This document shows, piece by piece, positions 1 to 8,958 of a stretch of 64,000 bases of DNA. The notes below the pieces were generated by a model, which worked only from the letters and a program-made list of their open reading frames with translations, was not told the DNA's origin and made no database searches. The DNA comes from Gammaproteobacteria bacterium (GTDB taxonomy: Bacteria; Pseudomonadota; Gammaproteobacteria; JBCCGL01), in assembly GCA_965277715.1 (NCBI GenBank), contig OZ255836.1, positions 3,008,001-3,072,000 on the forward strand. Reading direction: 5' to 3'. The position numbers were made by a program, and so were the translations under genes. Each line of letters begins with the position of its first letter. Position 1 is the stretch's first letter.

Positions 1-42
1 GCCGGTTAATCCCCATATCACGCGCAAAGCGAACCGGGTCGT

Positions 43-294
43 TCATCCACCCGCCACCGGTGGCCAGATCGCCAATACATCACCCGCTTTAAGTACCGCA
101 CTGTCACGGTCGGTTTCACAGGCAAATACCCCGTTTATCAACACCAGATGCGCCAGTTTGGGCGGAATTTTATAGTGCTGAATAAGCTGATTCAGCGTCA
201 CATCATCGTCGACATCGATTTGCGCAGCATTAGCCACGGCACCAGGCGGCAACAGGTCACCCAGCGTTGCGTAGAGTTTTAGCGTGATTTTCAC
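43..294 (-). CDS. MoaD/ThiS family sulfur carrier protein (AOR-associated)
   Basis: 83 aa ubiquitin-like protein ending in the diagnostic PPVAGG; last gene of the AOR cluster in this window. Confidence 0.9.
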   Translation of the reverse strand: MKITLKLYATLGDLLPPGAVANAAQIDVDDDVTLNQLIQHYKIPPKLAHLVLINGVFACETDRDSAVLKAGDVLAIWPPVAGG

Positions 295-299
295 CGCAG

Positions 300-1568
300 T
301 CAGCCCATTTTGGCAGTTAAACCCATGCCTTGTGTCGAGGCGAGGTAGGCTTCCATTACCTGGGTGGGGTCGTCCATTAATTTTTTCTTCCAGCTACCCA
401 ACGGTAAACGGCTTTGGATTAACCCCCGCAGTACGCCGATGTGTTGGGTTAAACCAAGGCTGTTCGCCCCGATCAACACATCGTCTTGAAATTGCAGGTT
501 GAGGTAACGGTAGCGGCCATAATCACTCAGCTCAGCGGTGTCGCCGCCATCAATGCCCTCCCACAAACCGAAAGAGCCGGAGATCAGGCCCATGGTATCG
601 AGTACGTTCATATTAACGCAGCCTGCGTGTACCACTTCGCTGCCATCGACCATGTTGCTGGTGGCGATGCGGCCGTGCTCGACGGCAGTGGGCTGAATTG
701 CCTGCACAGAGTAACCACCCGTTGAAAAATCACGCCCCTGGGCGACATCCCCGGCGGCATAGATATTCGGCACGCTGGTTTGCAAACGCTGGTCGACAAC
801 GATGCCCAGATCTGTCTCGATGCCGCTGCCGTTTAAAAATGCCACATTGGGCTTAACCCCGGTAGCCGAAATCAGCAAATCGGCAGGCAGTTGGCTGCCA
901 TTTTCCAGCGCGACGGTCAGTGCATGACCATCACCCGGTGATACACCGGCAACGCGTGTCGAGGTGAGCACGGTGACGCCTTTGCTCTCACACCAGCGTT
1001 TAATCAAACCACCGGACGCCTGATCCATCATACGCGGCACCATGCGGTCTTCCATTTCAACCACAGTGAGGTCGACACCACGCGCCGCCAGCGCTTCGAG
1101 GATAATACAACCAATAAAACCTGCGCCCATCAACACTACTTTGGCGCCGGGAGTGGCCAGTGAAAAGATATGGCGGGCGTCTTCCAGTGTCCAGCAGCTG
1201 TGCACACCGGGCAGGTCGAGGCCGGAAATCGGCGGTGAAACAGAGTGGGAACCGGTAGCGACCAGTAGGCGGTCATAGTGTATTGTTCCACCGTTTTGCA
1301 GTGACAGTGTCTGGCCGCTGGCATCAATGGCGTTTACCTGATCCTGGATCACATCGATACGTTTATTCTCAAAATACCCCGTGGCCTTGCGCAGGTGGGT
1401 GCCTTGCTCTTCGACTTTGTTGATCAGGTAGTAGGGAATCGCCATCCGCGAATACGGCGGTTCCGGCTCTGCACCGATCAGGGTGATATGTGAATCAGGG
1501 TCGAGCTTGCGCAGGTTTTCTGCGGCGATGACACCCGCCGGACCTGCGCCAATGATGGCGTGGTGCAT
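300..1568 (-). CDS. NAD(P)/FAD-dependent oxidoreductase (AorC-like flavoprotein subunit)
   Basis: IIGAGPAG and GAGFIG Rossmann motifs, ATG motif, TSVPNIYAAGD; start moved to MHHAIIG (ATG at 1568, GGAG upstream). Confidence 0.88.
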   Translation of the reverse strand: MHHAIIGAGPAGVIAAENLRKLDPDSHITLIGAEPEPPYSRMAIPYYLINKVEEQGTHLRKATGYFENKRIDVIQDQVNAIDASGQTLSLQNGGTIHYDRLLVATGSHSVSPPISGLDLPGVHSCWTLEDARHIFSLATPGAKVVLMGAGFIGCIILEALAARGVDLTVVEMEDRMVPRMMDQASGGLIKRWCESKGVTVLTSTRVAGVSPGDGHALTVALENGSQLPADLLISATGVKPNVAFLNGSGIETDLGIVVDQRLQTSVPNIYAAGDVAQGRDFSTGGYSVQAIQPTAVEHGRIATSNMVDGSEVVHAGCVNMNVLDTMGLISGSFGLWEGIDGGDTAELSDYGRYRYLNLQFQDDVLIGANSLGLTQHIGVLRGLIQSRLPLGSWKKKLMDDPTQVMEAYLASTQGMGLTAKMG

Positions 1569-1758
1569 AGTTGTTCTCCGGTGAAGAGAGTGCGGGAATA
1601 CGACTGCGCTCGCGACGTTTTCCGGCATCTTCTAAAATCAGCTTGTATAAGGTAATTGTGCTAACAGTATGTGTTCTTTTCCAGGTTTTTACCGCACCCG
1701 GTGAAACCGGGCGGCAGGCGAATGCCTGCCGCCACCTGGTGCCAGTACACGCAAAGTA

Positions 1759-3618
1759 CTAACCAGGCAATCCAAACCGGGCACGCGTCTCGGCGGTCGG
1801 CGCCCCTTGCGGTGTCCAGCCACGTGCCGCGTAATAAGCGGGCAGCATTTTATCCAGCTCATTCACCTTGCCTGTGGCAGGACCCGTTTTCGCGGCGTCT
1901 TTCAGCAGGCGCTGCGGTAGGTTGTCGTCTGCGGCGGTTAAGCCAGCGCGGTTGTTAAAATCGCGCTCCAGGTTCCAGATACGCTCACCCACTTCGGCCA
2001 GTTTCTCTGGGCTCCACTCGCCTTCGCAGGCGGCATCAATTTGCGGTGCCACGTTGTCCAGCGTCCAGGCAAACGAGGTGAAAATACAGATGCCCGCCGA
2101 ATCAAACGCCGCCGTTGCATCCTGAAAAGCCTTAACCAAACCGGCTTTACTGTCATCGGCGACCAGCGGATCGGTCTTTTCCGGAATGCCCAGCACTTCC
2201 GCCGCCACCGTGTAACCACGTAGATGGCAGGCACCCCGGTTGGAGGTTGCATACGCCAATCCCATACTTTGAATACCGCGTGGATCGTAGGCGGGAAACT
2301 CCTGGCTTTTCACTGTCATCGACAGTTCTGGCCGGCCATATTTTTCACACAAACGCTTAGAGCCAAGCCCCAGGTCTTTACCAAACCCCTCGCCTTTTGC
2401 CGTCAGCTCGGCAACCGCCACCAGTGCCTCGGCGGAACCAAATTTCAGCTCGATACCCCCTGTGTGTTCGGTGGTGAGAACACCCTCTTCAAACATCTCC
2501 ATCGCCGCCGCGACGGTGGAGCCGAATGAGATAGGGTCAAAGCCATCTTCATTGCAGAGAAAGTTGACATAGGTCAGCGCATCGAGATCGTTAATACCCG
2601 TATCCGGCCCCAGCGCCCAGGCGGCTTCATATTCCAGCCCGCCGGAGTTGCCCCAGTACTCGGGTTTGTTTTCGACACTGAAGTGGGTCTTATCGACGGT
2701 GGAAATACGCCCACAGGCAATGGTGCAGGCAAAGCACCCGGCATTGGTGGTCAGGTTAGGCTTGCCATCACTGGCGCGTGGCTCGGCCATTTTTTCTGCC
2801 GAGACATCGTGCGCGCCATCAAACTGTACCTCGCGCATATTGTTTGTCGGCAACGCACCGACTTCGTTGATGACATTCATCAGCACCTGCGTACCGTAGG
2901 CGGGCAGGCCCTGGCCGGTCACCGCGTTTTCGGCCAGCACCGCTTTGCCATCGCTGACCGCTTGCATAAAACGCACAGGATCTTTGATATTGCCAACCCC
3001 TTTATTGCCGCGCACCGTGATCGCCTTGAGCTTTTTCGAGGCCATCACCGTGCCCACGCCAGAGCGCCCGGCGGCCCGGTGCAAGTCATTAATAATCGCC
3101 GAATACAGGCAGCCCGCTTCGGCTGAGCGGCCCACACAGGCAACCCGCAGTTGTGGGTCATTGTATTTTTTGTGCAAAAGTCCATCGACTTCCCAGACCG
3201 ATTTGCCCCATAAATCATCAGCAGGCAATAACTCTGCCTTGTCGTTTTGTATATTGAGGTAGACCGGCGATGCCGATGCGCCTTCAAAAATCACCATATC
3301 CCAACCGGCCATCTTCATCTCGGCGCCGAGAAAACCGCCCGAATTGGAACAGGCGATGGCCCCGGTCAATGGGCTTTTGGTGATAACTGAATAGCGGCCA
3401 CCGGTGGAGGCCATCGTGCCGGTGAGCGGGCCGGTGGCAAAAATCAGTTTATTGTCCGGGCCGAGGGCATCGCATTGCGGGTCGACTTCATCGACCATAT
3501 AGCGCGTCGCCAGGCCACGTTGCCCCAGGTAGTCATTCGCCCAGGCCATATTCAGCGGTTCTTGGTTGACCGTGCCGGTCGTTAGGTTGACACGGAGTAC
3601 TCTTTTTGTCCAAGCCAT
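1759..3618 (-). CDS. Aldehyde:ferredoxin oxidoreductase family protein (tungstopterin enzyme, AorB-like)
   Basis: ATGPLTGT, KSPLTG, AAGRSGVG..M.SKKLKA, CFACTIAC, GLEYE, YDPRG, SNRGACH motifs; start set at MAWTKRV. Confidence 0.93.
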   Translation of the reverse strand: MAWTKRVLRVNLTTGTVNQEPLNMAWANDYLGQRGLATRYMVDEVDPQCDALGPDNKLIFATGPLTGTMASTGGRYSVITKSPLTGAIACSNSGGFLGAEMKMAGWDMVIFEGASASPVYLNIQNDKAELLPADDLWGKSVWEVDGLLHKKYNDPQLRVACVGRSAEAGCLYSAIINDLHRAAGRSGVGTVMASKKLKAITVRGNKGVGNIKDPVRFMQAVSDGKAVLAENAVTGQGLPAYGTQVLMNVINEVGALPTNNMREVQFDGAHDVSAEKMAEPRASDGKPNLTTNAGCFACTIACGRISTVDKTHFSVENKPEYWGNSGGLEYEAAWALGPDTGINDLDALTYVNFLCNEDGFDPISFGSTVAAAMEMFEEGVLTTEHTGGIELKFGSAEALVAVAELTAKGEGFGKDLGLGSKRLCEKYGRPELSMTVKSQEFPAYDPRGIQSMGLAYATSNRGACHLRGYTVAAEVLGIPEKTDPLVADDSKAGLVKAFQDATAAFDSAGICIFTSFAWTLDNVAPQIDAACEGEWSPEKLAEVGERIWNLERDFNNRAGLTAADDNLPQRLLKDAAKTGPATGKVNELDKMLPAYYAARGWTPQGAPTAETRARFGLPG

Positions 3619-3632
3619 GATGTCATCCCCCG

Positions 3633-4106
3633 TTATGCCGCTGGTTGGTTGTCGCTTTTCGCCGCCCAGGCGCGCATGCGCTCCAGTCCGGTGGCGTCGG
3701 CGTCGACATAGGTAATGGCATCGGTCGGGCATGCCTCGGCACATTTGGGATCGCCGCCGCACAGGTCACATTTGACCACCTTGCCAGCGTCCTGATTGTA
3801 ATTTACCGTGCCGAACGGGCAGGCGATAGTGCACACCTTACAGCCCACACACACATCGTCGAGAATGTCTTTGGCGCCGGTGGCCGTGTTGACGACAATC
3901 GCATCAACCGGGCAGGCCTGTAGACACCAGGCCTCAGCGCACTGCGTGCAGGTATAGGGAACAAAGCGCCCTTCATCGTGAAAGGTGAACACCTTGATAC
4001 GGGATTTTGACGGATTAAAAACGCCTTCGGCCTCATACGAGCAGGCCATTTCACACTGGAGGCAACCAGTGCACTTGCCAGGATCAATACTCAGTGATTT
4101 GAGCAT
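3633..4106 (-). CDS. 4x[4Fe-4S] ferredoxin-like subunit (AorA-like)
   Basis: CTGCLQCEMAC, CTQC..AWC...CP, CVGCKVCTIACP, KCDLC..DPKC...CP; AAGGAGG RBS before ATG at 4106. Confidence 0.92.
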   Translation of the reverse strand: MLKSLSIDPGKCTGCLQCEMACSYEAEGVFNPSKSRIKVFTFHDEGRFVPYTCTQCAEAWCLQACPVDAIVVNTATGAKDILDDVCVGCKVCTIACPFGTVNYNQDAGKVVKCDLCGGDPKCAEACPTDAITYVDADATGLERMRAWAAKSDNQPAA

Positions 4107-4282
4107 GTAATTATCCTCCTTTCTTATTGGTTGAATGAGTGATGAGTAGCGGGCGCCGTTGAGTGGCGGGCTGCGAGGTCTGAGCATACTCTTATGCTTT
4201 TGTTGTATCCAGTCCTGTCGGTGAGATTCTCACCGGCTCCACGGTTGTTCAGGTTTTTGCTCAATACCGGGTCCCGGTGAGC

Positions 4283-4374
4283 CAGAAGTCTGTCGGGTTT
4301 AGGTGCTCGTAGCGAGGGAAAGATCAATTTGAGTCATTTTTGCGCACTATTGAGGAGAGTAGTGGCTCTATTTG
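4283..4374. repeat. Repeat family A, half copy
   Basis: gtctgtcgggtttaggtgctcgtagcgagggaaagatcaatttgagtcatttttgcgcactattgaggagagtagtggctctatttg closely matches the left half of the full element at 45974-46139. Confidence 0.9.
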
Positions 4375-4454
4375 TTTGTCTTGGCTATGCAAGTTTGTAA
4401 CGAGTCGCTCACTAAGGCACATAAGACAACAACAGGTGGACAACACTGTTGCGT

Positions 4455-5093
4455 TCATACCCGGGTAATTTTGCCCACACCTGATTGCATAAAGTGTTGC
4501 AGATCACCATAACCGGTAAAACGGTATTCATAATCGAGATGTAGTCGTTGTGCAATTACCCTGGCCTCATCTTCAAGCAGGGCATCTTTAACCTGCGCGG
4601 TATAAATAACTTTTTTATAGTTGCCAAAGTACATCGGCAGCAGTTCGGGGTGCCGATCCAGCCACAACCCCTCCCAGAAAAACTTATCGAAGTGTTTTAC
4701 CATAAAATCAGTGAGATAAAACGCACTGACACCGTCACCTTCAGCAAGCGCTGCAAAGTGCTCATTGCCTGCCATAAAAGAAAAACAATGCGGCCCGGCA
4801 ATACGTTCCACCTTCTCCTCTTCCAGGACACTATCCAACGCACCGGCTGTGCCGCAGTCACCAAACACGACATATATTTTTTCAAATCGCGCCCGCGAGG
4901 CACGTATTTTGGCACGTATTGCGTTGGGGATTTTTTCAGGTGTCCAGTGAATTTTTGCGGGGATACATTCGACGGTAAAGCACTCCCACTGATTGATACG
5001 GTTCAATGCAATAATCTCGTGTGCGAGTGCACCGCAGGCAATCAAAAGCGTGTTGCCGTTACCCTTTTTTGGTGTAGTGGGTTTTGTGCTCAT
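4455..5093 (-). CDS. DUF1638 domain protein (often near corrinoid methyltransferase genes)
   Basis: LIACGALAHE, GDCGTAGALD, GPHCFSF, FYLTDF, LDRHPELLPMYFGNY motifs. Confidence 0.8.
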   Translation of the reverse strand: MSTKPTTPKKGNGNTLLIACGALAHEIIALNRINQWECFTVECIPAKIHWTPEKIPNAIRAKIRASRARFEKIYVVFGDCGTAGALDSVLEEEKVERIAGPHCFSFMAGNEHFAALAEGDGVSAFYLTDFMVKHFDKFFWEGLWLDRHPELLPMYFGNYKKVIYTAQVKDALLEDEARVIAQRLHLDYEYRFTGYGDLQHFMQSGVGKITRV

Positions 5094-5268
5094 AGGGGCT
5101 TAAAATATCCACCATTAAGGGTGGTATCCGACGATATGTACGCCCAGCGTGCGTTAATCCCCCAAAATTGGCAAACAAATAATTGCTGTAAAAAAATAAA
5201 TATATTGTTCAAATTTGGATCAACCCAACGTAGACTCGCTACTACCACAAACCTGCAGGAGTATTGTT

Positions 5269-6006
5269 ATGAAACACCTATTTCGCGCTGTTCTGCTGGC
5301 CATTTTGTCAGCCAATGTACTCGCCGATGGCAACCTCGTTAACTATACCGTCGACGGGCAGGACTACCAGGGCTATTTCATTAGTCCATCGACAGATGCA
5401 CCGCTGATACTATTGGTTCACGACTGGGACGGCTTGACCGATTACGAGATCAAACGCGCCCACCTGCTGGCCGATATGGGCTACTCAGTATTCGCCGCCG
5501 ATTTGTTTGGCGCGGGCGTTCGCCCCACTAAAATAGAGGATAAGCGCCAGCACACCGGCGAACTGTACAAAGACCGTGAAAAGATGCGCGCACTGCTAAA
5601 TGCAGCCCTGGCTGCGGCCAAAACCAACGGTGGCAATACCGGCAATGCAGTGGCGATGGGCTACTGCTTTGGTGGTGCTGCCGTATTGGAAATGGCGCGC
5701 TCAGGTGCCGATTTAAAAGGTTTTGCCACCTTTCACGGTGGCCTTGGCACACCGCAGGGACAAGACTACTCACAAACCAAAGGCAAGGTACTGATAATGC
5801 ACGGCAGTGCTGATACCGCTATCACGATGGACCAGTTTGCCAGCCTGGCAACCCAGCTTGAAACACAAGGCATTCCCCATGAAATGGTCACCTATAGCGG
5901 CGCACCGCATGCGTTTACCGTATTTGGGTCACCGCGTTACCGCGAGCAGGCAGATAAAAAATCCTGGCGATTGTTTTCAGACTTTTTAAAAGAAGTGAGT
6001 GGTTAG
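5269..6006 (+). CDS. Dienelactone hydrolase family protein, secreted
   Basis: Signal peptide MKHLFRAVLLAILSANVLA, HDWDGL, GYCFGG nucleophile motif, APHAFT; AGGAG RBS before ATG at 5269. Confidence 0.9.
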   Translation: MKHLFRAVLLAILSANVLADGNLVNYTVDGQDYQGYFISPSTDAPLILLVHDWDGLTDYEIKRAHLLADMGYSVFAADLFGAGVRPTKIEDKRQHTGELYKDREKMRALLNAALAAAKTNGGNTGNAVAMGYCFGGAAVLEMARSGADLKGFATFHGGLGTPQGQDYSQTKGKVLIMHGSADTAITMDQFASLATQLETQGIPHEMVTYSGAPHAFTVFGSPRYREQADKKSWRLFSDFLKEVSG

Positions 6007-6048
6007 CGCTATGCTCGATTGTGGACCACCTGATCAGGGTGCACACTA

Positions 6049-7206
6049 TTGAACAATACGGATACAAAGACACTCAGCCATGTGCTGGCATCAATGCAAG
6101 GCAAACCGTATGAACAGGCCCACTCTCTGCCGGGTGCCTTTTATACAGACCCACACTGGCTCGATATAGAGCGCCGGTACTTATTTGGACAACAGTGGGT
6201 TTGCGCCGGGCGGATCGAAGAGCTTGGGTCTCCGGGCGACTACATGACTTTCGATCTTATAGGCGAACCGGTTTTGCTTGTCCACGGTAGCGATGGTGTC
6301 ATTCGTGCGCTGTCTAACGTATGCCGACACCGTGGCACCAAAGTGGCTGAGGGTACAGGCAATCTCAACCGTTTTGTATGCCCCTATCACCACTGGACTT
6401 ACGATACAGCAGGGCGCCTGATCAATGCCCCGCATATTGAAACACGCGACACTTTCGACCCGGCACACTGTCATCTGCCCGAACTGAGGTGCACAACATG
6501 GCAGGGGTTTTTATTTGTGTCACTGGACGCCAACGCCCCCAATCTGGAAGAAAAGCTTGTCCCTTTAACCCCGGTTATCAAGCACTACCATATTGAAGAA
6601 ATGCGACTACGCTATCTGGTCAATGAAGTTTGGGAGACCAATTGGAAATGCCTGTTGGAAAACTTTATGGAAGGCTATCATCTCTCCCCATTGCACAGAG
6701 ACACACTGCACAAAGTCAACCCAACCCGGCTTTGCCAACACCTCGATCCAGGCGAAGGTTATTTCGGCTATCGCGTTGGATTTTCCTCAAGACTTGCCAC
6801 TGAACGTATAGGCCACCAGGATTTGACCCGCAATGAGCTTGATACCTGCATTATGTTCGCTGTGCCACCGGGCCTGGCGGTTGGCGTGGGCAGTGATTAC
6901 ACCTCCTTTCTATGCATTCGACCAGAATCCCCCAGCAAAGTGCAGGTAAAAATAGGTTTATTATTTTTTGGCGATCAGTGGCGAATGGCACAAGTTGAAA
7001 ATGCCATCGGTTTATTCCAACAAACGATGGCTGAAGACAAAGCCGTGCTGTTGGCACTGCAACAAGGGATGGGTTCGAGATTCCACCAGCCGGGACCATT
7101 GGCACCACGCAATATGGAAGGCACTATCTGGGATTTTTATCAATACCTTTGCCGCCATCTGGAACCTGTGTTGAATAGCCACCCAATATCTTTGCACAAT
7201 ATCTAA
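6049..7206 (+). CDS. Rieske non-heme iron oxygenase alpha subunit (choline/betaine monooxygenase-like family)
   Basis: NVCRHRG...CPYHHWTY Rieske motif; NWKCLLENFMEGYH...LH mononuclear iron motif. Confidence 0.88.
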   Translation: MNNTDTKTLSHVLASMQGKPYEQAHSLPGAFYTDPHWLDIERRYLFGQQWVCAGRIEELGSPGDYMTFDLIGEPVLLVHGSDGVIRALSNVCRHRGTKVAEGTGNLNRFVCPYHHWTYDTAGRLINAPHIETRDTFDPAHCHLPELRCTTWQGFLFVSLDANAPNLEEKLVPLTPVIKHYHIEEMRLRYLVNEVWETNWKCLLENFMEGYHLSPLHRDTLHKVNPTRLCQHLDPGEGYFGYRVGFSSRLATERIGHQDLTRNELDTCIMFAVPPGLAVGVGSDYTSFLCIRPESPSKVQVKIGLLFFGDQWRMAQVENAIGLFQQTMAEDKAVLLALQQGMGSRFHQPGPLAPRNMEGTIWDFYQYLCRHLEPVLNSHPISLHNI

Positions 7207-7321
7207 GATCCAACTATAAGTAGTTAATAATATTGGACAGTCCGACACCGGGTTGCTAGAGTCGCTGCCCATCCTGGTGAGCGATTCTTGAGTTGCCAGC
7301 GAACCAAACAACGAGAGTTTA

Positions 7322-8887
7322 ATGATGCAAGAAGTTGAAGGCCGATCATACGATTCACAACAAACCGATGAGATTGACCTCCGCCAACTTCTTCTAAAAA
7401 TATGGGCTGTTAGAGTCCCTGTTGTCGTAACGCTTATGCTGGTTACCTGTGTTTATTGGGGTTTTTGGGCAATAAAGAAATTTAATGCACCGAACACATA
7501 CACCTACTCACGCATTATACAATTCACTTTTAAGGGAATTGAAAACCAAGAATACCCTAATGGTTCCCCTTACCGTTTAGCCGACGTGATGGCGCCGAGT
7601 ATACTGTCATTGGCTTACAATATAAACGATCTGGACGAATACAATATTGCTGAGTCCGATTTTGCGCAGCGCTTTAATATCCAACCTTATGCACCCGATT
7701 ACAATTTGATCGTCAAACGTTATGACAAAGTGTTATCCAATAAGAGAATCAAGCCAGAACAAATTGATACGTTACAGAAAAGACTTCAAGCTGAACTTGC
7801 CCAAGCCAGTATCGGTTCGGCGCAGATCTCTTTTACACCGCGTCAAAAACGCCCGCTACCAAAAACCCTGATTGACAAAATACTCCTGGATATCCCCCGG
7901 CTATGGGCAGAAAGAGCTATTGAGACACATGGCGTAGCTGAACTGGATGTACCGATATACTCCAATAAGATTTTTAATATAAACCGGTTTGAATCCCTGG
8001 ACTATTTGGTAAGCCTGGATTTACTCAGAGACAATATCAAGCTGGTCCTTGAGAATATTCAACTGCTATTAGAGCTGCCCAATGGAAATACTGTTAAAGA
8101 CCTGGAAACCGGGTATACGTTGCCCGATCTCAAAAAATCGATCACTGATATTGTCAGTTACGATCTACAGGCACTGTTAGCACCGGTACTTGATCTGGGT
8201 ATTACCAAAAATACCGATGCCGTTCTGCTACACTACCAATACAAGGTACGAAAACTAACACAACAAAGGGATTTTCTGGATGAACAGGCTGAAATCATTT
8301 CAACCTCTCTCGACCAGTACAGCAGAGTCGTTTATGGCGAGCATCAAGACAATTCCGGTAATCCGCCAACTGGCCAACACACTAGTTCAACTGTGCCACA
8401 ATTGGGTGACGATTTTATTGACCGTATCATTACTATGGCTGACCAGGGAAAAGATCTCGAATATCGGCAAAAACTATCTGATCAGATATTAGAACTTCGA
8501 CACCAGGCAGCAAGCATTAACTTCCAGATAAAACTCGACCAAACGATTCTCAATTCTATTAAAGACAGGACAGAGGAGGATGCTGTCGAATTTAAACAAC
8601 ATTACCTTGATCTATTGCAAAAATCTTTTCCAGTGATTATTGCTCAGCTACAGGATTATGTGGCAATAACTAACCGAATAGCCGGTTTATTAAGCAAGGA
8701 AAACCTGGGGTACAGTGGTGCACTGTACAGACCAGGTGGTTCAAGCACTTTGACAGTTTCAACTGACAAGCTGATTACCAAACAGGACATTATCATTTAT
8801 ACGATACTGATGTTTTTCACACTGTTCAGTACTTTATTGGTGGCTATGTCATATAGAGCACTTCAACACAATTTAAATAAGGATTGA
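7322..8887 (+). CDS. Wzz-like two-TM membrane protein with a large periplasmic coiled-coil region
   Basis: N-terminal DEIDLRQLLLKIW (Wzz-type) followed by a TM helix; second TM near the C-terminus; visibly AT-richer than neighbours. Confidence 0.6.
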   Translation: MMQEVEGRSYDSQQTDEIDLRQLLLKIWAVRVPVVVTLMLVTCVYWGFWAIKKFNAPNTYTYSRIIQFTFKGIENQEYPNGSPYRLADVMAPSILSLAYNINDLDEYNIAESDFAQRFNIQPYAPDYNLIVKRYDKVLSNKRIKPEQIDTLQKRLQAELAQASIGSAQISFTPRQKRPLPKTLIDKILLDIPRLWAERAIETHGVAELDVPIYSNKIFNINRFESLDYLVSLDLLRDNIKLVLENIQLLLELPNGNTVKDLETGYTLPDLKKSITDIVSYDLQALLAPVLDLGITKNTDAVLLHYQYKVRKLTQQRDFLDEQAEIISTSLDQYSRVVYGEHQDNSGNPPTGQHTSSTVPQLGDDFIDRIITMADQGKDLEYRQKLSDQILELRHQAASINFQIKLDQTILNSIKDRTEEDAVEFKQHYLDLLQKSFPVIIAQLQDYVAITNRIAGLLSKENLGYSGALYRPGGSSTLTVSTDKLITKQDIIIYTILMFFTLFSTLLVAMSYRALQHNLNKD

Positions 8888-8958
8888 AATAAACACCTAG
8901 CAACTACCAGAGAGTATTCAGCTGGCAATACAGGTGCTAAACATCAGCTAAAGCACCA

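Noticed and set aside
4107-4283. Canonical Moco/Wco riboswitch
   Set aside because: The conserved motifs I recall for that family were not found; kept only as an unassigned structured leader.
4124-4327. 67-aa ORF MIFPSLRAPKPDRLL
   Set aside because: Its start is a translation of repeat A; there is no evidence for an independent gene.
4548-5342. Long antisense or overlapping ORFs in the track (e.g. 264 aa here)
   Set aside because: Shadows of well-supported genes, with no recognisable motifs.
7207-7321. Integron attC site or att repeat flanking the Wzz-like gene
   Set aside because: No convincing paired RYYYAAC/GTTRRRY boxes or flanking direct repeats, and no integrase.
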